Under the pieces are notes generated by a model that was given only the letters and a program-made list of their open reading frames with translations, made no database searches and was not told the DNA's origin. A DNA stretch of 20,000 nucleotides from an uncultured virus (IMG/VR IMGVR_UViG_3300012001_000012) (Duplodnaviria > Heunggongvirae > Uroviricota > Caudoviricetes), in IMG/VR virus record IMGVR_UViG_3300012001_000012; one strand, written 5' to 3'. A program made the position numbers and the translations under genes. Below are positions 5,470-15,414 of the stretch, piece after piece (within the stretch, counting starts at the first letter, position 1; every line of letters starts with the position of its first letter).

Positions 5470-7731
5470 TTATGTGGTGGGTGGCGTCCATACGACCTTT
5501 TGGCGCTCCACAGCAAAGTCTCCGCCGTACCGTTCGGCCTTCACCATCCAACCAAAGCGCACCCCGGCAGCGCCGGTAACCGTAAACGCACCATTGGTAA
5601 CGTCGGTCCAGTCGACGGTGGCGCCGCGTCCGATGACGAGAACCTGCCGGTTGCCCGGCTTGGCGAGTGCCTCGAAATACTCCGGCAGGGTGATGACCGC
5701 GGACCCGGCGGCGTCCAGGGTGCCCCCGCCCCAGTACTCGATACCGGAGACCGGGGACTCCGTTGCGCCGTGCAGCAGCTCCCACCCGGGTTTGGTGGGG
5801 TGGTCCATGATGAAGTTCTTGGTCCCCGAAACGTTCAGCCCGCCGTAGATGGTGGTTCCGGTGGAGGAGCTGATCGTCGCCGCCCCGCTGGCCTCAACCT
5901 GCATCACCGTGCCAGAAGACTGCATGTACGATGCCGTACTGGACATCTGAACCACCCCGGTGCCGCCCTGCAGCTTCAGCGTATCCAGGTCCGAGAACGC
6001 GGTGACCGCCTGCAGGTTCGCGCCCGAACCGTTGGTGGCGCCCAGGTACCAGCCGACCCCGCCGTTGCCCAGGGTCAGCATCGAGTAGTAGTCCCCGCTG
6101 GTCCCGCCGTTCCGCGCCGAGACGGCCATCAGCGTCCCGGCCGCCCACCCGTCCTGCCCGGAGGCGCCCAGGACCTGTGGCTGCCAGTAGGAGGTGGCGT
6201 TGACCGAGAGCCGCAGACCCGGCCGGCCACGCCCGGCATTATCGGTGACCGCGGCATTGACCGTCCCGAACCCGCTGGCAACGGTGCCGGTAAAGGTCGC
6301 CGAGGTGGGGTTCGCATCAATAACCAGCTGGGCGGAGGCGTTGTAGATTTTCAGCCCGTCCGCCGAAAGCTTCACCCCGGTGTTGGCATAGGCCGAGGAC
6401 TCGTACATCCCGCCGGTGAACGTGCCGCCCTGGATCGAGAGGTTCCCGGTGGCGGTGTCGAAGGACAGGGTCTGGACCCCGCCGGCGCTCCAGGCGTGCA
6501 GCCCGTCCGTGGTGAGCTTAACGCCCTTGAGGTCCTCGACGTTGGTCTGGAAGACCCCGCCGGTGTCGGTGGTGAAGGTTCCGCCGACAAAGGCCTTGCC
6601 CTCGAACATGTCCGAGCGGACCAGGACCGCGTCTGCGACCCCGAACCAGGCCGTGTCGGCCCAGATCTCGTTGGCCTCCAGCATCCCGGCCTTGACGTGC
6701 AGGAACTGCGCCAGCGCCGCGGTCATGTCCTCGGTGACCATCAGGTGTCGGGTGAGGATGGTGTCCGAGAGGATCGAGACCCCTGCGTCGATGTTCACCA
6801 GCTTCGTGGTGGCCGCGTCGATGGTGGAGAGGATGATGTCGGTGTCCACCAGGGGGGTCGTGTACCCGACCCCCTCCGCACTCCAGGGCCCCAGGTTCCC
6901 GGACTCGTCCACCCCGCGCAGCCGGAAGAACTGCGGGGTGTAGTAGCCGGTGTTGGCCACGACCTTGAACCCGCCGCCCCGGCCGAACCGGGCGATCTCG
7001 GTGGTCGGGGAGGAGGCGGTGCCGTGGGCGAGGATGGCGTACTTGAAGTCCGCCGGCATCGCTCCGGTCACGGCCTGCCCGTCCCAGGTCGCCGTGATGG
7101 TCCCGCGCGAGACGGTGATGACCGGGGCGGTGGGCTGCGGCGGCGGAGTGGCGTCCGCGTTCATGTCCACCGTGAGGTCGATGGAGAACTCCCCGGGGAT
7201 GGTGGTGCCGGCGCCGATCGCGCGGGTCCGGAACGCCCACCGGGTGCCGGGGGTGAAGTCATCGGTGCGGAACGCGGAGACCGCGGAGGTGTCCACCAGC
7301 GCCCAGTCCTTGACGGCGGCAGCCTCCAGCGCCTTGTTCGCGGGGGTGGCGGCCAGTCCGGGCAGCGTCAGCCCGGGCACGGCGAGCCCTGCCACGGCGC
7401 CGGTGGAGATATCGAGCGCGGTCAGGGAGACGTCTTTGCCCCACAGCTCGTAGGAGGCGATGGTGATATCGGTGCCGTCGGTGGCCTTGGTGACGTCCGG
7501 GAAGTCCAGGATGAACCGCACGCGCTGGCGGCCGGTGGTGTCGGTGTAGAACCCGGTCTGGGTGACCAGTTCGATCGGGGCGGCCGGGTGCCGGGCATCC
7601 GCGGCGGCGATGTCATTCTGGACCCCCTCGACGGTGGAGGCGACCAGGCCGGGCATTCCGCGCAGCGTGACCTGGTTGCGCTCAATCAGGCGCATCCAGG
7701 AGGCGAAGTCACGCGGGCTGGTGATGGTCAT
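5470..7731 (-). CDS. Large minor tail protein / central fibre (FN3-like domains, Gly/Thr-rich beta repeats, C-terminal KNFxxDHP domain)
   Basis: FN3-like WAFRTRAIG, DATPPPQPTAP and FFRLRGVDESGNLGPWS; GGTFT/GVKL repeats; C-terminal GTKNFIMDHPTKPGWELLHGATESP...LPEYF. TAATG coupling. Confidence 0.82.
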   Translation of the reverse strand: MTITSPRDFASWMRLIERNQVTLRGMPGLVASTVEGVQNDIAAADARHPAAPIELVTQTGFYTDTTGRQRVRFILDFPDVTKATDGTDITIASYELWGKDVSLTALDISTGAVAGLAVPGLTLPGLAATPANKALEAAAVKDWALVDTSAVSAFRTDDFTPGTRWAFRTRAIGAGTTIPGEFSIDLTVDMNADATPPPQPTAPVITVSRGTITATWDGQAVTGAMPADFKYAILAHGTASSPTTEIARFGRGGGFKVVANTGYYTPQFFRLRGVDESGNLGPWSAEGVGYTTPLVDTDIILSTIDAATTKLVNIDAGVSILSDTILTRHLMVTEDMTAALAQFLHVKAGMLEANEIWADTAWFGVADAVLVRSDMFEGKAFVGGTFTTDTGGVFQTNVEDLKGVKLTTDGLHAWSAGGVQTLSFDTATGNLSIQGGTFTGGMYESSAYANTGVKLSADGLKIYNASAQLVIDANPTSATFTGTVASGFGTVNAAVTDNAGRGRPGLRLSVNATSYWQPQVLGASGQDGWAAGTLMAVSARNGGTSGDYYSMLTLGNGGVGWYLGATNGSGANLQAVTAFSDLDTLKLQGGTGVVQMSSTASYMQSSGTVMQVEASGAATISSSTGTTIYGGLNVSGTKNFIMDHPTKPGWELLHGATESPVSGIEYWGGGTLDAAGSAVITLPEYFEALAKPGNRQVLVIGRGATVDWTDVTNGAFTVTGAAGVRFGWMVKAERYGGDFAVERQKVVWTPPTT

Positions 7732-8561
7732 TAGGGCTGGGCGCCGTCGTCGTAGATCCGGTAGGTAGTGGGTCCGCCGGTGCGGTTGCCCTGGACCGTC
7801 AGGGTGGTGCCGGCGCCGTCGATGGAGGCGAGGAACTTGATCTGCGTGGTGGTGTCCACGGCGGGGTCATAGTAGGCGGTCACGAGGGCCGGGGCGGAGA
7901 TGACCGCCAGCCGGGACTGGGCATTGCGCACCCCCAGCACCGTCAGGCCGGTGGTAAGCGCCGCAGCGTCGGCGGTGGAGGCGCTGGCGACCGTGAAGGC
8001 TGCCGCCGTGTCGGTGGAGGCGGACAGCCAGTCGGTATCCCACACGATGCGGTACTTCCGGCCTGCCTTGAAGGTGAAGCTGGCGATGTTGTAAACGACA
8101 GTAAGGGCACTGAAGTTTCCGGTATTGGTGGCTACCGAGAATGAGTAGACGCAACCCTTGGCGAGCAGGGCGTCCGCGGCGGCCTGCAGCACGGAGACCG
8201 GCTTGGCTGTGTCGGCGGTGTTGTCCACACTGCCCAGCCCGGCGGCGGTTTTGTCCAGGGTCTGCCAGGTCTTGTCTCCGCGCCAGTACTGGGCGGTGGT
8301 GCCGGCGGTGATGGCGTCCTCCTTGGAGGTCTCCACGGTCTTGACAGCGTAGGCGCTGGACCCGGTGATCGGGGCGAAGGTGGTGGGGTCCGCGGCGTCG
8401 GTGGTGATCAGGTCGTTGATCCGGGCGGCGGCGTCCTGCCCGAAGACTTCATAGCGGAGCAGGTCGGCGGCGCCGATGATGCGCACATCCGCCGGGATGT
8501 TGGACGGGTCGGTGGTATCCACCCACCCCAGGAACGGGCTGAAGCTGATCGGAGTGGTCAT
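7731..8561 (-). CDS. Minor tail protein / short fibre (276 aa)
   Basis: Tail-fibre motifs ITAGTTAQYWRGDKTWQTL and GLGSVDNTADTAKPVS, then a beta-rich C-terminal domain. Coupled on both sides by TAATG. Confidence 0.78.
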   Translation of the reverse strand: MTTPISFSPFLGWVDTTDPSNIPADVRIIGAADLLRYEVFGQDAAARINDLITTDAADPTTFAPITGSSAYAVKTVETSKEDAITAGTTAQYWRGDKTWQTLDKTAAGLGSVDNTADTAKPVSVLQAAADALLAKGCVYSFSVATNTGNFSALTVVYNIASFTFKAGRKYRIVWDTDWLSASTDTAAAFTVASASTADAAALTTGLTVLGVRNAQSRLAVISAPALVTAYYDPAVDTTTQIKFLASIDGAGTTLTVQGNRTGGPTTYRIYDDGAQP

Positions 8562-9685
8562 TAGATGATTACCTGATCTACGAAGGTGACGTCGGTGTAG
8601 GCGGGGGACAGGACCACTTTGATTTCCTCGCCCTTGGCGGCTGTCTCCTCAACGGTCATACTATCCAGCTTTTGCATCTGGGATACGGCACGACCCGGCA
8701 GTGTGGCGGACAAGGGAATCCATACGCCCGGTACGAGGTCGGCCATCGTCAGCACCCCGTCAGGATTCAGGCGCGTGTTATCCGGTACGCGCACTACCAG
8801 GGGCGGCTTGGATGACTGGCTATAGGCGCGCTCCGCCTGTGAGGTCATCTCCGCCACAGTCGGCGGAATGTTGTTGACGACGACCGCATTCTCGTCGTAT
8901 GCGAGGTGGATCACCTCCCACTCCCCGTAGTACGGGTCCGTAGCGCCGGCCTCGCCGAAGTTGCCTTTCCCGTCGGTCATGATGACGTTGGTGGCCAGGT
9001 CTGCGCCGTACTGGGTGATCACCGGGTCCCCGATGAAGTCATCCGCGGTGACCATGGGTGTCTGGCCGATCCGCGAATGCACGTCGAAGAACAGGATCGC
9101 CCGGCCGATCACCGTGTAGTCCAGCCCGCCGCGGGCCGCTAGCGAGTCGATGTGCTCAAAGACGGTGAACTGCATCGGGTAGGTGTGCGAGGCGGTCCGG
9201 GCGTCGGCGCCGGTGGCCGGGTCCGCGTAGATGTACTGGACGTAGGGCAGCACGTTGATCGGCGGGTCCAGCGCCTCCTTCCGCGCCAGCTCCGCGGTCA
9301 TGATCCGCTTGACCCGGTCAATGACCAGGGATGAGTTGGGGGCGCGGTTGTCGTATTCGGCCCGCATCGCGGTGCGCATCGGGTAGTACATCACGTCACG
9401 GGCCTCGATCTCCACGTCGGTCCCGTAGTAGGTGATCTTGGAGATGGGGCCTTCCCAGACCCGTTCGGAGCCGCGGAAGATCACCAGCTCCACCCGGTTG
9501 GTCTCAGCCAGCCCCAGCGCCTGCTGGCACGCGAGCCCGGGGGAGCCGACGTAGGCGGTGGCCAGGGAGGGGTCGTCCCGGACCCGGCCCCACTTGACCC
9601 GCTCGAGCTGGTCCAGCGCCGCCAGCAGGCGCTGCCCGCCCCGGTCATACAGAAATGCGGTATGCAGTTCACAACTGAGTGCCAT
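8561..9685 (-). CDS. Minor tail protein, baseplate hub-like (second gene after the tape measure)
   Basis: ELVIFRGSERVWEGPI motif typical of actinophage hub (Gp37-like) proteins; synteny; TAATG coupling. Confidence 0.78.
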   Translation of the reverse strand: MALSCELHTAFLYDRGGQRLLAALDQLERVKWGRVRDDPSLATAYVGSPGLACQQALGLAETNRVELVIFRGSERVWEGPISKITYYGTDVEIEARDVMYYPMRTAMRAEYDNRAPNSSLVIDRVKRIMTAELARKEALDPPINVLPYVQYIYADPATGADARTASHTYPMQFTVFEHIDSLAARGGLDYTVIGRAILFFDVHSRIGQTPMVTADDFIGDPVITQYGADLATNVIMTDGKGNFGEAGATDPYYGEWEVIHLAYDENAVVVNNIPPTVAEMTSQAERAYSQSSKPPLVVRVPDNTRLNPDGVLTMADLVPGVWIPLSATLPGRAVSQMQKLDSMTVEETAAKGEEIKVVLSPAYTDVTFVDQVII

Positions 9686-10890
9686 TAGAGCCGCACCGCC
9701 GTATCCAGCAGCACCACAACACCGGACTGGCCCGGCATCAGGTCAGCGGTGAGGGTGTAATCGAGCTGGCAGCCCAGGGACGCCCACAGGAACGGCCGCC
9801 CGCCGGAGCCGAACAGCAGGTGCCCCGCCGGCACCACGCGGCCGGTGGAGAGCAGCAGGGACGCCTCCCGGGTCCGCGCGTCCAGGGTCAGGGTGGACCC
9901 GGCCGGCAGGTAGGAGACGATCACTTCCGCATCGAAGGCGCAGGAGACGGCCCCGGTCCGGTAGAAACGCAGCCGCAGGTACTGGACAGCGGCGACCGTG
10001 GAGACCGAAAGCACCGGGGTGACCCGGCCCCAGCGCTCCGAATGCGAAGCCGGGATTGCCAGGGTCTCCCGGCGCCAGGAGGTGATGGCCAGGATGTTCG
10101 GCGGCAGCACCACCGGGGCCCGCGGCGGCCGGGAGATCCCGGTGTAGTAGGGGTCATCAACGAAGTCGTCGTAGGTGCTGATCCCGGCGGCGCAGTTCTC
10201 CCCGGTCGGGTCCTGGAAGTTCACGGCGGTGTCCATGTTCAGGGACCCGATGGTGGCCAGGGAGGTGAAGGCCCACGGGATCCCGGCAGTGAGGGTGAAC
10301 TCGACCTGCCACACCGCCCCGGCTTTGGAGTTGTACTTCCGGGTCACCAGCGGGCCCTCGGTGACCTCGGCCCGGTGGAAGGTCCGGGCCAGGTCGAAGG
10401 CGGCGACCTGGTCCGCGGGCAGCGCCGAGAACATCTGCACGTCCCGGCCCGCGCAGCCGGGGTCCGCGTCCGAGCAGCCGTTATGGCCCAGGACGTCCCG
10501 GAGCCAGGCGAGCCCCTCCTCCATGGCTTCCTCGTCGGCGGCGAACGCGGTGGTGACGAACCGGATCTCTTTGGAGTTGTACCGGGGACTGGTCAGGACC
10601 GCCCCGTTCCCGGTCAGCTGCGTGACCTGGAGCTTGCGGGTGGAGTCCTCCGCCCCCTGGACCTTGCCCGGGTACAGCCCGTAGAACCGCGCAGCGGCCG
10701 CCCGCCGGCCCGTATACCAGGGTGCCGTGTCCCCGTCCGGGGTGGTGTAGGCGCTCTGGCCCAGCGCGTCCGGCAGCGCGTCCGCGGTGCACAGCACATC
10801 AACTCCCGGCATCAGCGCCGCAATATACACCGCAGCGCGGGCGCCGTTGATGATCTCGATTCCGTCGATGCTCAAAAATCCCTCGTACAA
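9685..10890 (-). CDS. Minor tail protein, distal-tail (Dit)-like
   Basis: First gene after the tape measure. TTG start with G-rich RBS. VEFTLTAGIPWAF and LPAGSTLTLDARTRE are Dit-like segments. Confidence 0.78.
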   Translation of the reverse strand: MYEGFLSIDGIEIINGARAAVYIAALMPGVDVLCTADALPDALGQSAYTTPDGDTAPWYTGRRAAAARFYGLYPGKVQGAEDSTRKLQVTQLTGNGAVLTSPRYNSKEIRFVTTAFAADEEAMEEGLAWLRDVLGHNGCSDADPGCAGRDVQMFSALPADQVAAFDLARTFHRAEVTEGPLVTRKYNSKAGAVWQVEFTLTAGIPWAFTSLATIGSLNMDTAVNFQDPTGENCAAGISTYDDFVDDPYYTGISRPPRAPVVLPPNILAITSWRRETLAIPASHSERWGRVTPVLSVSTVAAVQYLRLRFYRTGAVSCAFDAEVIVSYLPAGSTLTLDARTREASLLLSTGRVVPAGHLLFGSGGRPFLWASLGCQLDYTLTADLMPGQSGVVVLLDTAVRL

Positions 10891-10899
10891 CCGGTCCCC

Positions 10900-13800
10900 C
10901 TAGAAGGTGCTGATGGTGCTGGCGAGCCCGTCGAGGACCTTGGCGGCCACGAGTGCGGGATCCTTGGTGGGCGTGGTGACCGGGATAGCCCCGGCCGCCA
11001 CCGTAATGTAGGTGGCCTTCGCCGGCGCCGCAGCAGCCGCAGCAGCAGCGGTCCCGAACCCGGAGGCCCCGACCGCGACCGAGGTATCAGCGGGCAGCAG
11101 CGCTCCGAAGGCGTCGATGACGGCGGACTTATTGTCCTTGAGCCCGGCCGCGAGCCCCAGCGCCGCCTCCGTCCCGGCGATGTACATCTGGGACTTGGCG
11201 AAGTAGCCCGTGACGGTGTCTACCGCGGAGGTCGCCAGCGCGGCGGCAGCGGCCATGACAATGCCCCGGGAGGCGTCGGTGCCGTTGGCCATGCCGAGCC
11301 CGGTATCCAGGCCGATCCGGTGGAAGACCATGGAGGGGGAGTGCGAGTCCAGCGCCGCCTTCGCGGCATCGACGGCGGACTGCGCCAGGGATGATGCGGC
11401 GTTCGTGACCCACGACCAGCCGTCGCTGATGCCCTTCTGGAGTCCGGAGGCGATGTCGTTGCCGACACCCTTCATCCTGGACCAGATATCCCCGATGGCA
11501 TTGATGATGTTCTGTGGCAGGTCACGGAAGAACTGCAGGACCTGGTCAATCCCGCCGGAGACCCCAGACTTGATGCCTTCCCAGGCCTGGGAAACCTTGG
11601 ACCCGACCGAATCCCAGAAGGAGTTCCAGTTCGCACCGACCTGGCCGATGAAACCACCGATGCTGCCCTGGATCTCGCCGACCTTCGCGGCGATCCAGCC
11701 GGTGACGAAGTTCCAGGTAAGGGTGACCTTCGTGCCGATCCCGTCCCAGAAGCTGGTCCAGTTGGTCCTGACGCCGGTAATGAAGCCGTCAATGTTGGCC
11801 TTGATCTCTGCGGCCTTGGTCTGGACCCACAGCACGGCAAAGTTCCAGGTCTCGGAGATCTTGGCCCCGACACCATCCCAGAACGTGTCCCAGTTCAGCT
11901 TCACCTGCGCGGCCCAGGTGTCGATGCCGGTCTTGATTTCCCCGGCCTTGGTCTGGATCCAGAGCAGGGCGCTGTTCCAGGTTTCGGAGACCTTGGTGCC
12001 GAGCCCGTCCCAGAAGCCATCCCAGCCGGTTGTGATTGTCTCGCCCCAGGATGCCAGCTTCTCCCCGACGGAGGCCCAGAACTCGTCCCACTTTTTCCCG
12101 ACGGCAGCCTTGAACCGGTCCATGAAGGACATGTCATCCATGTTCCAGGCGGTCTCGATCTTGGACCCGATGGAGGAACCCTTACCGCCGGCGCCGCCGG
12201 AAATACTTCCGCCACCCTTGGGTACGGTGTCCATGTTCAGGAGGCCGGACATCCACTCCTGGAAGCTCTTCTTGACGCCCTTCCACCAGTCATCAATGGA
12301 CTTCATCGCGCTGTCCCAGCCGTCCCGGATGGGCTTGAAGAGGATGTCATCGAACCACTTGTTGACGGAGGCGTTCATCTTGTCGATGTTCCCGCCCTGC
12401 GCGTCCAGGAGGTCGGAGATCCCGGAGCGGGCACCCTCGAGCCACTTGCCAACCGAGTCGTCCCACTTCTTCGCACCCGCGTCGTTGAATCCCAGCTTGG
12501 ACCAGACCTCCGCCCAGAACACCTCGGGAGCGACGCCCCAGAAAAGATCCGAGATGATCTTGCCCCAGCTGGTGGTGTTGCCCCTGCCGGACATGTTGTC
12601 CGCCACCGACTGGCGCTGCGCCTCGAGGTCGGACTGGACCTTCGCCGGCTCGAACGCCTTGAAGATGGACAGCTCGGTGATCGGCAGTTCGCCCTTGAGG
12701 ACCTTCACGGCGTCGGCCATGTTCGACAGGGCCGTGCCCAGGTTGGTCACGGTAGTGACCAGGGTGGGGGAGAGTAGGTCAACGACCTTGCCGAGGGGGC
12801 CCAGGAGCTCCCCGCAGAGCCTGATCAGGTTCGGCAGAACCGAGTCGAAGAGCGTGAAGAAGACCGGGGCGAGGTCCCTGATGACCTTGTCCGCGAACGG
12901 GCCGAACTGCTTGACGAAGTCATCGAAGGCCGGCAGGAGTTTGTCCCGGACCGCGCCGATCAGCGGGATGACAAAGACGTCGCTCAGCGTCGCCACCACC
13001 GGGGTGAGGGTATTGATGATGTTCAGCGCCGAGTTCTTCAGAGGATCGACCAGGGTCTGGAGCTTCAGGGACATCCGGTCGAAGATCGGGGTGATGTTCA
13101 CGACCAGGGATGAGCCGATCTCCGCGACGTTGACCAGGACCTCGGAGAGCAGGTTCATCGCATTGGCCAGGGAGAAGGTGAAGGGCGCGACGGCCGGGGC
13201 AAGCTTACCGACGGCGGTGACCATGGCGCCGGTGAAGTTCAGCATCGAGAGGTGGATCGCCGGGTCCTGGAGGACCTTTCCGACATAGCCGATGAGGGTG
13301 GCGGCCGCGGTGCCGACGTCCGAGAGAGAGGCCTTGATGAACGGGGTGATGGAAGCGACCGCCGGACCCAGGTCGCGGATGGACGTTCCGACTTTGGAGA
13401 CCACGTCGGCCATCCCGGCGAAGACCTCGGTGAGGGATTTCTGGAACCCGGGGGACTGCATGATTGCTGCCGCACCCTGGAGCCGGTCCGCGAAGACCGC
13501 CAGCCCGCCGGAGCCGGCGGCACGGGCGGCGTCGTCGATGGCGTTGAAGATCCCCAGGGTGCCGTCGATGGCCCGGCCCATGTCCTTGAAGCCCTGGATT
13601 CCGGCGTCGATCCACTTGGTGAGGTTGCCGTTGGCCGCGGATTTGGAGATGAAGTCATCGAACTTGACGGACATCGTGTTGAAGCCTGTGGCGAACCGGT
13701 CGAAGTAGGCGGTGCCGGTCCTGCCCAGGACGATCCAGGCGTCCACCAGCGCCGTAACCCCGGCGTGGGATTTGTCCATCGCATCGTTCATCCGCTTGAA

Positions 13801-15132
13801 CATCAGGGTGATGTCATTGGTGCGGGCGGATGTGGTGACGGCATCCAGCACGGTGCCGAACAGCCGACCCATGGCCGCGGCGGTGTCATTCATGCCCTGG
13901 CGCAGGGCCGGCAGGGTCTGGTTCTGGAACCGGTCCATCGCCGGGTCCAGGCCGATGTTGATCTGTTTGGCCAGGTCTTCCCTGAAGGCCTGGATCTGGT
14001 TCTTGTACTGCTTCATCACGCCCTGCAGGGCGCCCAGGCCGATGAAGGCCATGATGCCCAACCCGGTGGCGAATGCCGGCAGCAGCAACCCGACCTGGCC
14101 GATGGAATCCCCGAGGTCCTTGACGATAGTGACGATCCCGGCGAACGAGTCCCCGATGGCGGAGGCCTTGATGGAGAGCTGGGCGGTGGTGCGGGCCGCA
14201 GCCACGGAGATGCCGTCGAGGTTGTGGATGAAGTTCAGGCCCTCCTCAATCAGGTCGCCGTAGATGTTCATGCCGATGAACCCGCCCAGGTGTTCCTGCA
14301 GCCCCTTGGAGGCCGCCAGGACAGCACCGAGCGTCCCGCTCAGGTTGCCCAGGCCTTTCTGCAGGAAGCTCGACTCGCCCAGCGCCACGCCCATGGACCG
14401 GCCCAGGGACCCGGACAGGGACAGCGCCAGGTCCTCGGAGCCCTTGTTGGCCTTGGCGAAGGCGGTGTTGATGCGCAGGAACTCATCGTCGGTGATCCGG
14501 CCGAGCCTGTTCATCTCCAGGGTCGAGTCCGTGATGGACTGGCGCAGCCGATCCATGTCCTCGTTGCCCTTGGTGATCTTGGACCAATCCCCGGAGGCCA
14601 TCGCGTCGGAGAGTTTCCGGAATTGGGTCTCCAGTGCCGCGACCCTGGAGGCGGCAAGCATTCCGTCCAGGGACTTGTTGTAGCGGTCCTGGGCATCCTT
14701 GGCGTCCCTGATCGCCTGCAGCCGGTCGTCCTCCGCCTTCTTCTCCTCCCCCATCAGCCCCAGGGTGGAGGACAGCGCGTGATTGAACTCCTCCTGCTGG
14801 TCGTTGGTGAGCTTGCCCTGTTTGGCCATATCATCGGTGAAGGCGCGGATCTTGCGCTCGGCATCGTCGAGGTTCCCGGCCGGGTCGAAGGTCCCCACCA
14901 GGCGGTCCCAGTCCAGCGCCTTGTCCGAATACATGGCGTCGACGATCTTGCCCCATCGGTCGTTGACGTCCTCGGTGATGCGCTTGTCCCAGGCTTCGGA
15001 GAACTTGTCCGCGTTGGCCATCGCCGCCTGCTCGGCCGCGTAGCTGCCGGCCCTGTCCAGGTCCTTGCGGAAGTCCGAGAGATCCCCATGGACGCTGATA
15101 AATGCGTCACCTACTTCTCTCCCTAAGCCCAT
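10900..15132 (-). CDS. Tape measure protein (1410 aa)
   Basis: Longest ORF, follows the frameshifting chaperone. N-terminal EVGDAFISV, Ala/Gly/Leu-rich helical body, 11-residue Trp/Phe periodicity, C-terminal HSPSMVFHRIG motif. Confidence 0.95.
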   Translation of the reverse strand: MGLGREVGDAFISVHGDLSDFRKDLDRAGSYAAEQAAMANADKFSEAWDKRITEDVNDRWGKIVDAMYSDKALDWDRLVGTFDPAGNLDDAERKIRAFTDDMAKQGKLTNDQQEEFNHALSSTLGLMGEEKKAEDDRLQAIRDAKDAQDRYNKSLDGMLAASRVAALETQFRKLSDAMASGDWSKITKGNEDMDRLRQSITDSTLEMNRLGRITDDEFLRINTAFAKANKGSEDLALSLSGSLGRSMGVALGESSFLQKGLGNLSGTLGAVLAASKGLQEHLGGFIGMNIYGDLIEEGLNFIHNLDGISVAAARTTAQLSIKASAIGDSFAGIVTIVKDLGDSIGQVGLLLPAFATGLGIMAFIGLGALQGVMKQYKNQIQAFREDLAKQINIGLDPAMDRFQNQTLPALRQGMNDTAAAMGRLFGTVLDAVTTSARTNDITLMFKRMNDAMDKSHAGVTALVDAWIVLGRTGTAYFDRFATGFNTMSVKFDDFISKSAANGNLTKWIDAGIQGFKDMGRAIDGTLGIFNAIDDAARAAGSGGLAVFADRLQGAAAIMQSPGFQKSLTEVFAGMADVVSKVGTSIRDLGPAVASITPFIKASLSDVGTAAATLIGYVGKVLQDPAIHLSMLNFTGAMVTAVGKLAPAVAPFTFSLANAMNLLSEVLVNVAEIGSSLVVNITPIFDRMSLKLQTLVDPLKNSALNIINTLTPVVATLSDVFVIPLIGAVRDKLLPAFDDFVKQFGPFADKVIRDLAPVFFTLFDSVLPNLIRLCGELLGPLGKVVDLLSPTLVTTVTNLGTALSNMADAVKVLKGELPITELSIFKAFEPAKVQSDLEAQRQSVADNMSGRGNTTSWGKIISDLFWGVAPEVFWAEVWSKLGFNDAGAKKWDDSVGKWLEGARSGISDLLDAQGGNIDKMNASVNKWFDDILFKPIRDGWDSAMKSIDDWWKGVKKSFQEWMSGLLNMDTVPKGGGSISGGAGGKGSSIGSKIETAWNMDDMSFMDRFKAAVGKKWDEFWASVGEKLASWGETITTGWDGFWDGLGTKVSETWNSALLWIQTKAGEIKTGIDTWAAQVKLNWDTFWDGVGAKISETWNFAVLWVQTKAAEIKANIDGFITGVRTNWTSFWDGIGTKVTLTWNFVTGWIAAKVGEIQGSIGGFIGQVGANWNSFWDSVGSKVSQAWEGIKSGVSGGIDQVLQFFRDLPQNIINAIGDIWSRMKGVGNDIASGLQKGISDGWSWVTNAASSLAQSAVDAAKAALDSHSPSMVFHRIGLDTGLGMANGTDASRGIVMAAAAALATSAVDTVTGYFAKSQMYIAGTEAALGLAAGLKDNKSAVIDAFGALLPADTSVAVGASGFGTAAAAAAAAPAKATYITVAAGAIPVTTPTKDPALVAAKVLDGLASTISTF
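11581..12024 (-). repeat. About 3.4 tandem 44-aa (132-bp) Trp-rich repeats in the tape measure
   Basis: WDGFWDGLGTKVSETW / WDTFWDGVGAKISETW / WTSFWDGIGTKVTLTW / WNSFWDSVGSKVSQAW, spaced exactly 44 codons apart. Confidence 0.9.
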
Positions 15133-15150
15133 CCTGGGGATCTCTCTTTC

Positions 15151-15414
15151 TTAGTGGTTGATCTGGTCGAAGCTGTCGTCGAAGTCTGCGGCTGCATCTT
15201 CCGCCGTTTCCCCGGGGAGCGGGGCGGTCAGGCCGTTCTCCCACTCGGTCACCTTGTCTGAGGCGATGCGCTCGGCCGCCCAGACAAAGATGACGTTCAG
15301 GAGCGTGTAGAGCGGGAAGCGGAGGAGGTCGATGCCTTGCGCCTGGTAGTGACCGTCGAGGCGCTTCCAGTTGCCGATGGTGATCTGCGCGAGGCGGACG
15401 GCTTCGCGGAATCT
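15151..15414 (-). CDS. -1-frame extension of the tail assembly chaperone (gpGT-like fusion, about 195 aa)
   Basis: This frame overlaps the chaperone and reads GGG AAA AGA at the slippery site; it ends 18 nt before the tape measure. 108 + 87 aa. Confidence 0.8.
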   Translation of the reverse strand, partial: RFREAVRLAQITIGNWKRLDGHYQAQGIDLLRFPLYTLLNVIFVWAAERIASDKVTEWENGLTAPLPGETAEDAAADFDDSFDQINH

